Below are positions 37,330 through 48,700 of a stretch of 64,000 nt of DNA, piece after piece. Source of the stretch: Tubulanus polymorphus (lineage: Eukaryota; Animalia; Nemertea); the NCBI RefSeq assembly GCF_964204645.1, contig NC_134026.1, positions 6,471,950 to 6,535,949 on the forward strand, written 5' to 3'. The notes below the pieces were generated by a model that saw only the letters and a program-made list of their open reading frames with translations, did not search any database and was not told where the DNA came from. The number at the start of each line of letters is the position of its first letter. The stretch's first letter is position 1. A program made the translations under genes and the position numbers.

Positions 37330-39451
37330 TTAACGCTTAATGTATATTGCCATCTGATCCGCTTCTGCGAGGCTTGAAATCCCTTAAAAAAGATAGATTA
37401 TTTCAGTAAAATACTCATGTTAACGAGATGGTGAAGAAAATGAAAAGGAATGCTGTACATACTGCTTCTAGTTTTCTTAGGTGAATAGTAGATATGAGGC
37501 CACCCAGATTTCTTATCGTATGAACATCCGGGACTTCGAGGTTGAATCGGATCTGCAACAACCATCCACAAACGATCGTTAGGGCATCCTCCGTATCTTT
37601 CATTGATGAAAAATCGTCTGTTTAGCTCGGTTACCCGGATTGTACTACAATTAAACATTGAGAAACAAAATGAAGAATATTTTGATTTTCCATTGAAAGA
37701 AATTCTTTGATTTTCCACGTTCTTTTATGTCGCAATCGGCGGCCAGTATGACGCGTGTTTTTGTTGATACTCACTGTCCTTGCATGCTAAAATAATTAGT
37801 TTCAGCTACCATGCCACCGGGCTTCAAATCTAGCCAGCTACTTTCACCGAGTCGTTCCGGAGAAAACCAATTGAATTTTGTTGAACCGTCTCCGTCAAAT
37901 TTGGCAAATGCAACCGTTTCTTCGTCTTTATATAATTTGATTAAAACCTTATAAATGAAAAGTGTATACAAATTAAAACTTAAAACTCGATATCTAAAAT
38001 CCAAATAAGATAAACCTGAAGATGACACGGTACTGATTAATGTTCCATGATGTTTATAAGTGATAAGCGAAATGTCAATAGTTCAAATATTTGCTTTAAA
38101 ATACCTCTTTAATACATATCTTGTCCCAGATATCAACCAATGCACTTTTCCATGTACAGTCACATTTTGTTTTTGGATTTGGTTTCTGTGAACAGTTATC
38201 CGATCTAACTCTAGTCCAATAATCGAATATGCTTGTGCCGGTGTTCGCACTGGCTACGAAAACCAGCTCCCATTTGTTGTGTCCATCTAAACCTAAAGGG
38301 AATATTCATTGCAATATGTCATCTAAAACTAACCACAAATAAAGAATAATTGGACACTGACTATATAAGCATGGGTGGGGCCATGAAAAGTGGAAAAGGA
38401 AGGGCATTTCTCGCATAAAGCCGGTGGCCACAAGTCGGGTCCCTACCCTCAGTGATAGAAATTTTTGAGGAAATACATACGAAAAGATACAATTTTCGAG
38501 TGGATGGGTATCAAATTTGCAGGTTTTGATAGGGCGGCAACCGCAATGGGAAGGCCGGTTTCTAGAACCCCGAAATTACGTATATAAGCCGGGCGTAGGT
38601 CGGTCATCCGACGCGATGCGATCGATCGCCACGTTGCATCGCTAGTAAGTCGGTTTCGATCCGCGATTCTGGTTGTCACGTGGTAGCTAAAAATGGCACC
38701 AAACCACGCAAAGATAGAGAGTTTCGAATTCCTGACTATTGCAAGGGAAAATTCGGTTTCTAACACTCGGAACGAACATAACAACTCGCGTGTTGCTTTC
38801 TTCTGCATTGTCAATCCCCATCGACCAGGAGTTCCATTCCATTATTGATAGGCTATGTAGTAGTAGTCTTGACTTGAAGCTAGAATTCTGGTCTTTATGG
38901 GCAAAGCAGCATGAATACAAATGGAGGAGATTAAATTCTCGGAAAGAACTTTTAAGATTCCTTCAGAAAAATTATTTCAAAACGCATCTCATTACCAATG
39001 TGGGTTCGAATCCCAGCGCATCGCTCCCGGTTGCAAGAGCGCGTAGGTCGTTTGATTGCAAGCCGTCGCAAGGCCAACCTACGCCCGCATTTAAAGGGTA
39101 GAACAGGCATGTACAGCGCGCATACTGACCTGTTGAATAAGTGAATGGAGCAATATAATCATTCACAAAACATTTGATGAAGTCAGCCGCCATTTCGGAA
39201 ATCTTGTTCTTATTTGCATAACACTGGCTGCTGGTAATAACTGAAATAGATAGGTTGATTGTCATTTCAAGTTTTCTGTGTAACATTCTACATAATAACA
39301 TGTAATGTCTCATTTCAATTTGTTCTGGAATAAAGGGTAGGTAAAATATCATAACAGTATATACATAAATCAACATCAAAGTGTCGTGTGTCTTACCTGT
39401 CACCGCACAAAATAAGACTCCCAGAGATAACAGAATCTTGTGGCTCTGCAT
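37330..39451 (-). CDS. Uncharacterised secreted protein, 5 exons, 216 aa
   Basis: Exons 39451-39397 (signal peptide MQSHKILLSLGVLFCAVTG), 38292-38105 (WELVFVASANTGTSIFDYW...WKSALVDIW), 37947-37775 (VLIKLYKDEETVAFAKFDGDGSTKFNWFSPERLGESSWLDL), 37644-37463 (RRFFINERYGGCPNDRLWMVV...CSYDK...PHIYYS) and 37382-37330 (EADQMAIYIKR*). All GT-AG, phases 1/0/2/1 match, total 651 nt. Confidence 0.8.
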
Positions 39452-40334
39452 TTTACACGTATCAACTAAAATGATCCAATAAACCTCTTGATTAATGAAT
39501 GAACTGAAGCGTCCTGAGGACATATTTATTTTCCAAAAAAATTTTGATTAATATATCATGTCCCCGGGACGCTTCCGTACGAATATGTTTTTAATGATTA
39601 ATGAAAATCTGTCGTGTAATAGGTCTATTGTATATCGAATAACTGATATCCTGGATCCAGTTCCTCCAGCCAAATATCAACTCAGCGAGACCCTGTATCA
39701 ACTGTCCTACCTGACGGATAAACTGTTCAATTCTCAGCGTAGAAGACGCAATGAATGATATCTGACATTTATCATTTCAACAGTTTCTGGATTTTTCTAA
39801 TTCCCAGCGTCAGAGAAACAGTAATGAAAAGAATGTAATGATACGTGTTATTTTCTTTTTCATGTTTCGTTACTGTTTCTACGAAGATATGATGTAGATA
39901 TATCCTGAATTTGAATAAAATCAAATGCAGGATCGTTCATATCGATTGTCTTACCTTTCAAATATTAAGTTTCGACGGTTCACGAACGTTGAAATAGTTT
40001 CTTTTACTGAATGTCAACACTCCGATCAATTCATACACTTTAATATCCACCTCGGTGAACCAGACGATGATAAGATTCATTGTTTACTTATTTTATTTAC
40101 TTTACCGTTTGTTTTGATTGCGAAGAAAGTTCGTTTGAACTTTTTGCGCGTGTTTGTGCAAAATATTGATTTTCCCCTTGAACAGTGAACCGGCGAGAAT
40201 TCATGAGAACAAAAACAACTTTCTTTTCGTCATATTTGCAGATAATTTTATTCATATAAAAAATTACGATGCTGTGATGCGTGTAATATAGAATAAATTC
40301 TGATGGATCCTCAGAAGAAACCGATCAGTTCCAC

Positions 40335-40369
40335 CTTGGAGTAATCATTTGACAAATGATTACTCCAAG
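40335..40369. mobile_element. 35-bp palindromic micro-element, copy 2, with perfect 7-bp TSD
   Basis: CTTGGAGTAATCATTTG-a-CAAATGATTACTCCAAG, flanked by GTTCCAC at 40328-40334 and 40370-40376. Confidence 0.75.
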
Positions 40370-40626
40370 GTTCCACCAATGTCCACCGATCAATTCAATT
40401 CGATTTATTTTGATTCCATGTAAAGTTATAAAATATAACATGATGGAATATAATAAGGTGTATAAACGTCGATGAGTGAAAGCAAAGATCATTTAAATAC
40501 CACAAATATGCGTTAATGCCTTCAACCAACGTCGATGCCTAAACACCGATCAGTTCCACAGTCATAAAAGACCGTAAACTTAATTGCGGCAGTTCGTTTT
40601 CAATAAATAACCCAGAACTATGATCA

Positions 40627-40810
40627 GGTCCAGTTGCGCAGACGTGACTTAAAACCAATTGTGGTCTCTAATCTGGAGACCGAAATTAAGTTGTTAGATA
40701 AGCAATAGGACCAAGATGGTCTTAGACTGGTCTTACTTGTTATGAGCTACGGAACTTAGATGGTCTTAGACAGATCTTAAATATAAGCCGTGACTTGTGA
40801 AACTGGAGTG
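40627..40810. mobile_element. MITE-like repeat with CCAGTTGC...AACTGG termini (related pieces near 1800-1900, 9459-9620, 41990-42145, 51262-51375, 61906-62202)
   Basis: Starts GGTCCAGTTGCGCA and ends GTGAAACTGGAG. Internal GGTCTTAGAC/CTTAAGAC modules are shared among copies. Confidence 0.5.
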
Positions 40811-42516
40811 TTTCAGAGAACGACTTAAAGTTTCATTTCGTCATGATAACGCGAGACTTATGAGACTTAAAACGCCGACTGTAAGGCATGCAATTGTCCG
40901 AGGCCGCAAATTGGCGCGTTTAGGTCAACTGCGAGGTGACCATCAGCGCCAACCGTAGTAGATTGCGCCAGTTGCACCTGGCAGAGGCAACGCAGAGCTG
41001 GCAGTTGCAAGGATGCCGTTTGTCGAAGGGTTTTTGTGTCGCTGTCGGTCGAATTACAGCCGTCTTTCAGGAAACCCAAAGTCGCTGGTAGAACCGTGGA
41101 ATAGTCAGACTGATCACTCCTAGGTAGGACAGGCCACAAGTTGAATCATTCCATCAATGTATTCGAACTCATATTCTGTGTTTATCAAACGCGCTCGTGT
41201 CGGAAACGAGAGTGGAACCGTGTTAAAAGCGATCAACATTATCACATATAATCCTCCCCGAGACCCCGATATGTAGAAAATTTCATTCTCGTAGTGAAAA
41301 AAGTAACAAGAAAAACTTTCATGGAATAGAAACGATATATCATTCTGATCGCTGGTACATTTGTCGACAGATGGCGCAACAGAGCAAGCGAAAGCATTCG
41401 TTAGAAAACAGCTGTTCACGAGGTGTGTTGTTTTGAGCTACGAGCAATTATCATAGTAGTTTTGAGTTATGAATATGATATCATTGTGTTTACTGATTTC
41501 AACTTAATTGCAAATGTTGCCATGATTTTCTAGTTGTGCGATTGATGAAAAATCATCTTTACTGATACTAATCCTTAAGTTTTTCGGTATATATATATAT
41601 ATATATAAAAAATTTGTTTTGTTTTTCGTATATTTACTAGATAACTAAAATGAAGCTGCCATTACGGGCGATGTATAACATGCGTGCACTGAGGGAGTGC
41701 TCTGTCTTATATTCAACTGTAATCAACATTAAAAATTCAAATCTGCACATTCGGTACAAATACGTAAAACCATATAGAATATTGCCGACAACAACAACAC
41801 GTTTATTCAGTCATAGAGCCTGGGCTTAGTTGGGCATCACCTTACAGCATTGCGCGAAAACCCACAATATAAATCTAAACATCTGCTATTGTTCTTTTCT
41901 TTTCTTCTGTTGTTCTTTCTTACGTTTCTACTTGTGGAATACATCCACCCATCTTTGGAGTTTATTTGAAAGTTAGAAGTTTTGAGATTGACTTAAGAAC
42001 CAAAATGACTGCAGACTGGTCACAAGTTGTAAGATTGGCCATAGAACCAAATTGAATTTATACTGGTCTTAATTTGTGAGATTGCTTACAAAACTATTTG
42101 AGGGTCTTAGACTTGGTCTTAGCTTTACAACTGCAACTTGCCCCGGTGATGTTGACTAAAAGGACGGGCTGACACTAAGCGGATAGAGACCCATTTGAAA
42201 AATTGTGAAAAAATGATATCGCTGTCAAAACCGCGGTTAGTATCATCTTCTGATTGGCTGGGCTGGGGCTGGGGCGCTCCGAATGTCACGTTCATTCGAC
42301 ATAAACACAACAGCGGTGAATTAATGATATCGCGGATGTAACCCGGTGACTCCGGCGAGTATTTTCTTATTCATGCGATCATCTGGCGCTGTGGCGGCGT
42401 GTATACCAACCGTCGAGACGATACAAGGATATAAGATAAGCTAGACGCTTATCGGATAAGAGGCGAATAACAGCTTATCAAATCAGCAGATACTACACGA
42501 TTGCATAGAACTTTTA

Positions 42517-42774
42517 TCAATCACCGCAGCTATATTCCCCCTCGCTATTTTCATCTTCGTTCCCTTCGTCGCCATTTTCGATTTTGTCCTCGGAATTTGT
42601 TCCCGTCAGCATATTGTACAGGGATATATCGTTCATGCAGCCTTTGATAAACTCCTCTTTCGTTAAGACACCGTCAGAGTTTGTGTCCATCTTTTGGAAA
42701 ATTGATCGAGCGCGGTTGTCCGGCGGGAGATCGCTTTGTATTTCACCTTCATCGTCAACCATTAGATAAATAGC
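42517..42774 (-). CDS. NCS exon 4 (EF4 and acidic tail)
   Basis: ttgcAG acceptor; AIYLMV...[26 protein letters not shown]...YSCGD*. Confidence 0.92.
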   Translation of the reverse strand, partial: AIYLMVDDEGEIQSDLPPDNRARSIFQKMDTNSDGVLTKEEFIKGCMNDISLYNMLTGTNSEDKIENGDEGNEDENSEGEYSCGD

Positions 42775-45700
42775 CTGCAAATATAAATAATGATAGAATA
42801 TTCAGGATCTAGTAACAAATGAACTCATTTCAATCCCCCCTCCCGAACTGAGGGCAGGGTCCTGATCATGGAAGCATGTGTTGCGCTGATAATGTTCTCA
42901 CCGACAGTGCAAGGGAAAATTTGTTTTTGGTATCTTTTTGCAAGTCATACGAATTATTTATGTTTGAATAGACTATCTATATTTTCAGCTTCAGAGTTAA
43001 CGAGATTAAGACATCACTTTCGGTTGGTCTGGAAGGTCTTTATACGCGAGAACGTCGTATAGGTACAGGATTCTAGTGTTATAGATGTTTAGTGGATGGA
43101 ATATACATATATACATATATACATATATATATACTTGTATAATATATGACCGGTACTTTCTCTGGTGATTAGAAGCAATGATGCAACTACACGTTGCCTA
43201 CATTGATTGGTTTATAGCTCGATCTATCTCGGTAAAGGTGCAGTAGTTACTGTATTTATTAAATGTTCACACATCGATCCGAGACAACCAGCTTTTATAT
43301 TATACCACGGATATATCACGATTTTCCGGAATAACCGCGAGATTTTTTTATAGGGCTTCTTGCTCTGGTTAAGGGGCCGGCTAGAACTCATTAAGATACG
43401 TTGATTAGACGGCGAATTGATTTACTCGGAAAAGTGAGAAAATATGTTCTAAAGTCGTCGCCCGCAGACGAGAGCATTTTGTGCTGCGCGAAGTTTGGAC
43501 GCATTTAGCCAAGAATGGCTCGCATACCACGGGCTCGTATCCCATTTGTAGATTAATGTTAAAACGATGATAAATCTATTTGAATATAAAGGAATTTTTC
43601 TGTTATTACTACATCGGGATTGAGGGTCTAGCAAGGGGAAAATATGATTTTATTGATTCAAGTATCCCCATATCATACAAAAAGTAATAGTCATGTAATA
43701 AATCAACGTTGTTCTATTCTGAAATTAATACGAGGTCTAAAGATACATTTTTCAGACTAGGGAAATCTCTTAAGCGACCTGGCAGGCCATTGTGTCACTC
43801 CCCTTACAAATACTCGTTTCTCCATTGACTTGACTTGATATGTTGTACCCAATGAAAACTACTATATACATTAGCATTGAAAGCTCGCAATTTTTAATAA
43901 AATCAGTTAATCTACACAGTATAACCAATCTTCATGTTTACTGATTTGACACCTAGGTTATTTATCAACACGGCCAATCGACAACTTCTCTATCATATGG
44001 ATTTTACATAAAAATTGAAGTGAAATAGTCTGACCGAAGCCGCGCATTGAGAAACTATAGGTATCTGTTAAGTCTTTTTTCTTTTGACTGAATTATTGGT
44101 CCCTTTCGTGAATATAACACGATACAATCTAACATACAATAAGGGCTTTATCGACTCATTGAGCGTGAGAATGCTTACGGGAAAAATGCGCCTCCGATCG
44201 AATCCGACGAACCGACGACGGAAATCTTTCATTTAATGAAGCTTGTCTTAGATTTCCGTTAACAAATTTTCCTCTTATCTCGAGACGTCCCTCGGAGTTT
44301 CGATGGCGCGCGCGCGGCGAGGAGATTGACAAATCAAATCTAGACGCAAACACGGCAGACAAACCGATTTTATTGATTCGTTCCAGATAAACTACTGTCG
44401 TCAGTTCCAATAGACAGATCTCTCAATAACCCCCTAACTCATCACGTGACAACGCCAAGTTAAAGGTCAAACACGCCGATGAATCCCCAAAATTTGTAAA
44501 TCTACGTCTCATCTTTGTTCCTATTTTCAAGGCAAGACCCACCTGGCTATGGTCTTATGAAGAGAGTGCGAAACGTCGAGTCCATTTAGAATTTTCATTT
44601 AATTGATAGATTTCGTTCTTAATGTTTTCTTTTGTTTGTTTTAGTGGATTTTAAACTTATTGACTATTGTTTCCTATTCTACGCGTCGGGTGTACGGGCT
44701 ATTCTACTAGTAAGGTAAGTTCAAAGTTCAAATTTATTTCACGGTAAGTATATGACAGGCTATATACTAAGATTAATGGAGAATAAAAAACAATAAAATT
44801 AACAATATTTTCAACACGCACAATTATGAAAAGAGAGAAAGAAAAGCAGCTTTCTATGTGGGCCTCAAGGCCACTGTTGCGAGTACCCAGTAAAAGAAAG
44901 GAATGGAAAAAGATTGAGAAAAAAGAATTGATAAATTTCGTAACTTTAAGGAGAGTGTATAGGCATGGGCGTTTAAACTAGATTAACTCTAGTTAATACG
45001 TCCATGGTATGAATAAGCAAGAAAGTTCAGAAGCCGGAACAATTATAACAATCATGGGTCATTACATTGATGGATATCATTGTTGGCGTAGGTGAGATAG
45101 AATCTATTACGTTTTACGGCAAGTTTCGGCAAAACAAACTATGACGTCACGTTGACCGCACTTTACACGAGTTACTGTGACTGATGACAGACGATAATGA
45201 CGTCAGACATTCTCAGCTTTACCTTGATAATTTCACTCATTTCTTCCTCTTCGATTGCGCCGTTTCTATCGATATCGTAAAGTCTAAACGCCAGATCGAG
45301 CTTCTCTTCGGGTTTGCCGTCTTGCGTTATACTGATCGCCTGTAAAAGAATATTCTACACACATTCTATCAAAAATGGAGAATCATAAGCAAGGTATCAC
45401 ACGGAAAGGAAGGCTGGCCTTGGATATCGATGTACGGGCTCAATTTTCCGTGCTATTACGAACTTGTAATGGATATGATCATTCGAGGTAAAATTGTGTA
45501 TTCTATAATCAAATATCCATCGTGGATAGCAATCCAGATTGCAGCATTCGGCTGACGTAAGTTTTTCTGTCTGTCCCTCAGCCCCGTTATCTCAAAATGG
45601 GAACAATCGACACTTTCAACGATTTCCAGCCGAGCCTGTTTGTTGTATAATAAAGTCACGTCTGCGAAGCCCTGTAGCCGCAGATACAGATAATGAAACT

Positions 45701-48700
45701 TACGAATGATTAAGACTCGCCCCCCGCATTCCCCCCCCCCCCCGAGTTGACGAGTGAAAGTCGTATCTTGTAACAATCGCGGTAAACAGTCGACGACGTG
45801 AGCTGAGTTCTTAAAGTCTTAAAGCCAACACGTTGATGTTTTCGGCTATTATTTTATGGTGTAACTCAGTGGTTTATCGCTCGGTTAAGACGGAAATGTT
45901 TATCTACACTAACGATGGCCGGTGAAGCTATGGAATACGTGGTTAGTTTTGATTATATGTAATGTCTCGGTCTGAGACGATGGACTCGGATTGCATGCGA
46001 GGGACGAACTGTGTTGGCAGTTTATAATGCACCTTGAGAACGTCCCTCAGCGCGCATCCGTTCGCCTTAAAACAACAAGATGATATTGAATATAAAAAAT
46101 GCAATAGCACCGCAACCGAAGCATAAATGCTCAGTGTTGTGACTATAATATAGAGAATCATACAGCATTAAGAATAAAAAGTCCGAAATTGTCTCCGATA
46201 ATGAATGATGTCCAATGAGTATGTCCAAGTTATCTTCGTAACATCCTCCGTGGCAAGGATTCGGACCTGATGGCAAGTGCCGTGGCAGTGAAACCAGGTT
46301 CGAATCCCGATTTCTTCATAAGGAATACATTACTGAATCTTCATAAGGAATACATTCCTGATGATGACTCTTAGGATAAAGTCGAAACGTTGTTTAAAAT
46401 ATTGTGGCTTAATATTTCGGACTCTTTTCTCAGTCTGCAGGTATTTATGTTATTGCAATAACAGCATCTCGCGTGGTCCTACCAATAAGAATTCTTTGAA
46501 GTCGATTTTTCCACTGTTATCTACATCGAACGTTCTGAACAGGTGGTTATAGAACGACTTCGCTTTTCCGTCAGGAAATAACTGAGCGTAGATCTCCAAG
46601 AATTTCCCCCTGGTTATTTCACCTTCCGGACAGTCACGCTGTTAAAGAAAAGAAGAAAATCAACGTTATGGATTTCGCAGTTATGGATTTCGCATAGAAT
46701 TATGATACTGTCTTATTTCAGCTTAGGTAAAAATTTACATTAATAACAAAGTTTTATTTATCAAACAACGAAAATACCGCCATGTGCCACTGATTCAGAT
46801 AGAAGGACTAATATTTGCAATATTGAAATGAGAGAAATAAGTGCATATCGATAGAGAAGTTGAAACACAGTCATATCGCCCAAGGGATCTATACCTGTGC
46901 GAAAAAGTCTTAGAAATATCCATGATTCTAAGTGAAATTACTAACTTTGATTGTTATACTATTATTATCATAGTCATGGGTTGGGTTTGTTTCTTTAAAT
47001 AACAATATATTGATAGCAAAAATTCATGCAATATTTCATAAAGTAATATGTCTATAATTCAAAAGACAGATGCATATTTATATGTGATCGTGTTCTGTAA
47101 TGTGACCTTTGAAATAAGGAATTCTCATAAAATATGAGAGGTCAGTTTTTCAAATACAAATCGTGTGTTAGTCCCACAGAAAAGTGACTGTCTGGTAATT
47201 CAATTTAAGAAAGACCCACAATTATGAGGGTTAACTAAGATAGTGTTGAAGTTTCGAGCTGATTCTATGAGCCATTTACAAAACTAAATTAGTAGCGACG
47301 TTTAGACTAAATTCTAAAAGGCATTTTCAAAACTAAAAGAGTAGTGACGTTTAGACGCAATTCTATGAGCCATCTTCAAAACTAAAAGAGTATGGATGTT
47401 TTGACTTCGATGAGTTGTATACTTATAATTGTGAAAATGGTTCATAGAATTAAGTCGAAATATCAATGCACTCTTAGTTCTTTTCTTCGTGGTTTTCTTC
47501 GTTTGTGATCTAAACCTGCCACGGGTTTGTCAATACTAGCGATCACGGTTGACTCATAATTCAAATACGTAATAAAAACGGTTATGAAGCGACTGAAGAT
47601 GGAAGTTATTATTACAACCGCGTAATACATTTCGCCCTAAACGCGCAAATTTATTTGACTTCAAATTGCTCATGATTTCGCACGATATCGTAGCGCATTT
47701 CAGACTCGTTCTATACGACAAATCAATCTTCGCCATGCCGCCACCATGTTCATCTATTTTACCAATACATAATGCACTCGAATTTCATAAATCAGAAATT
47801 GTGTACACTGTCATTAACAGAATTCAGTTCCTGCAAATTTTCAACCGGCAAAAATCCACACAAAACTAATAGCGTAAATTTCATATTAGACTGTGTATAT
47901 TTATATAAGCATCATCGCCATGGTTACGTATCCTCTTTTCCCCGGGTTTACATTCCGAAATTGTCCGTCGCAAATAGAAACGGCTTTGTTTTCATCCACG
48001 TTTGTCCGTGTTCCGCGTTTCCTGTTCATTTCCCGGCTATCTGCTTTTGTCAACAGCCGACGCGGACCCGGCCGCAATCCGTACAAATCGAGGAACAAAT
48101 ACTAATGTCATTCGAACCCCGGCACCGGATGTGATTCGCTTCGTAGGAAATAATTAGGGTTTTATCCGTGAAGTTTTATCGAATAAACCGCTGCGATTAG
48201 GAAATTATGTCCGCAGTTTTTCCCCGACAGATTTCTTTTATAAGAATTATTCCAGATTCCGCGGTCAATTAAGACGGTTTTCTCTGCTCGTAAAACGGAG
48301 GAACTCAAACGTGACTCTGTTTCTGATTGCTTTTTTTCAAACTAGGAACGGTTTTCGAGTGCTATAAGGTCGATCGGGTTCCCAGAGTTGAGTTGGTATT
48401 TTTCTTCGCTGTTCAGAGCCTTTGATTTTTGTTACGTAATGAGCTATGAATCGAAGAACTGAACCGGGATCTGCATTGTGGTGGAACTGGGTCCTGCACA
48501 TCGGAACTGGGCCCTGCACTGCGGAACTGGGCCCTGCACTGTGGAACTGGGCCCTGCACTGTGGAACTGGGCCCTGCACTGTGGAACTGGGTCCTGCACT
48601 GTGGAACTGGGTCCTGCACTGTGGAACTGCGTCCTGCACTGTGGAACTGGGCCCTGCACTGTGGAACTGGGATCTGGTTATAGATTCCCCTGATCCCCTT

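Noticed and set aside
38995-39060. tRNA-like GGTTCGAATCCC (similar motifs near 4400, 13305, 57170)
   Set aside because: No cloverleaf can be folded; at most decayed SINE heads, not tRNA genes.
40867-41139. GC-richer 90-aa ORF
   Set aside because: No recognisable domain in the frames read and no splice context.
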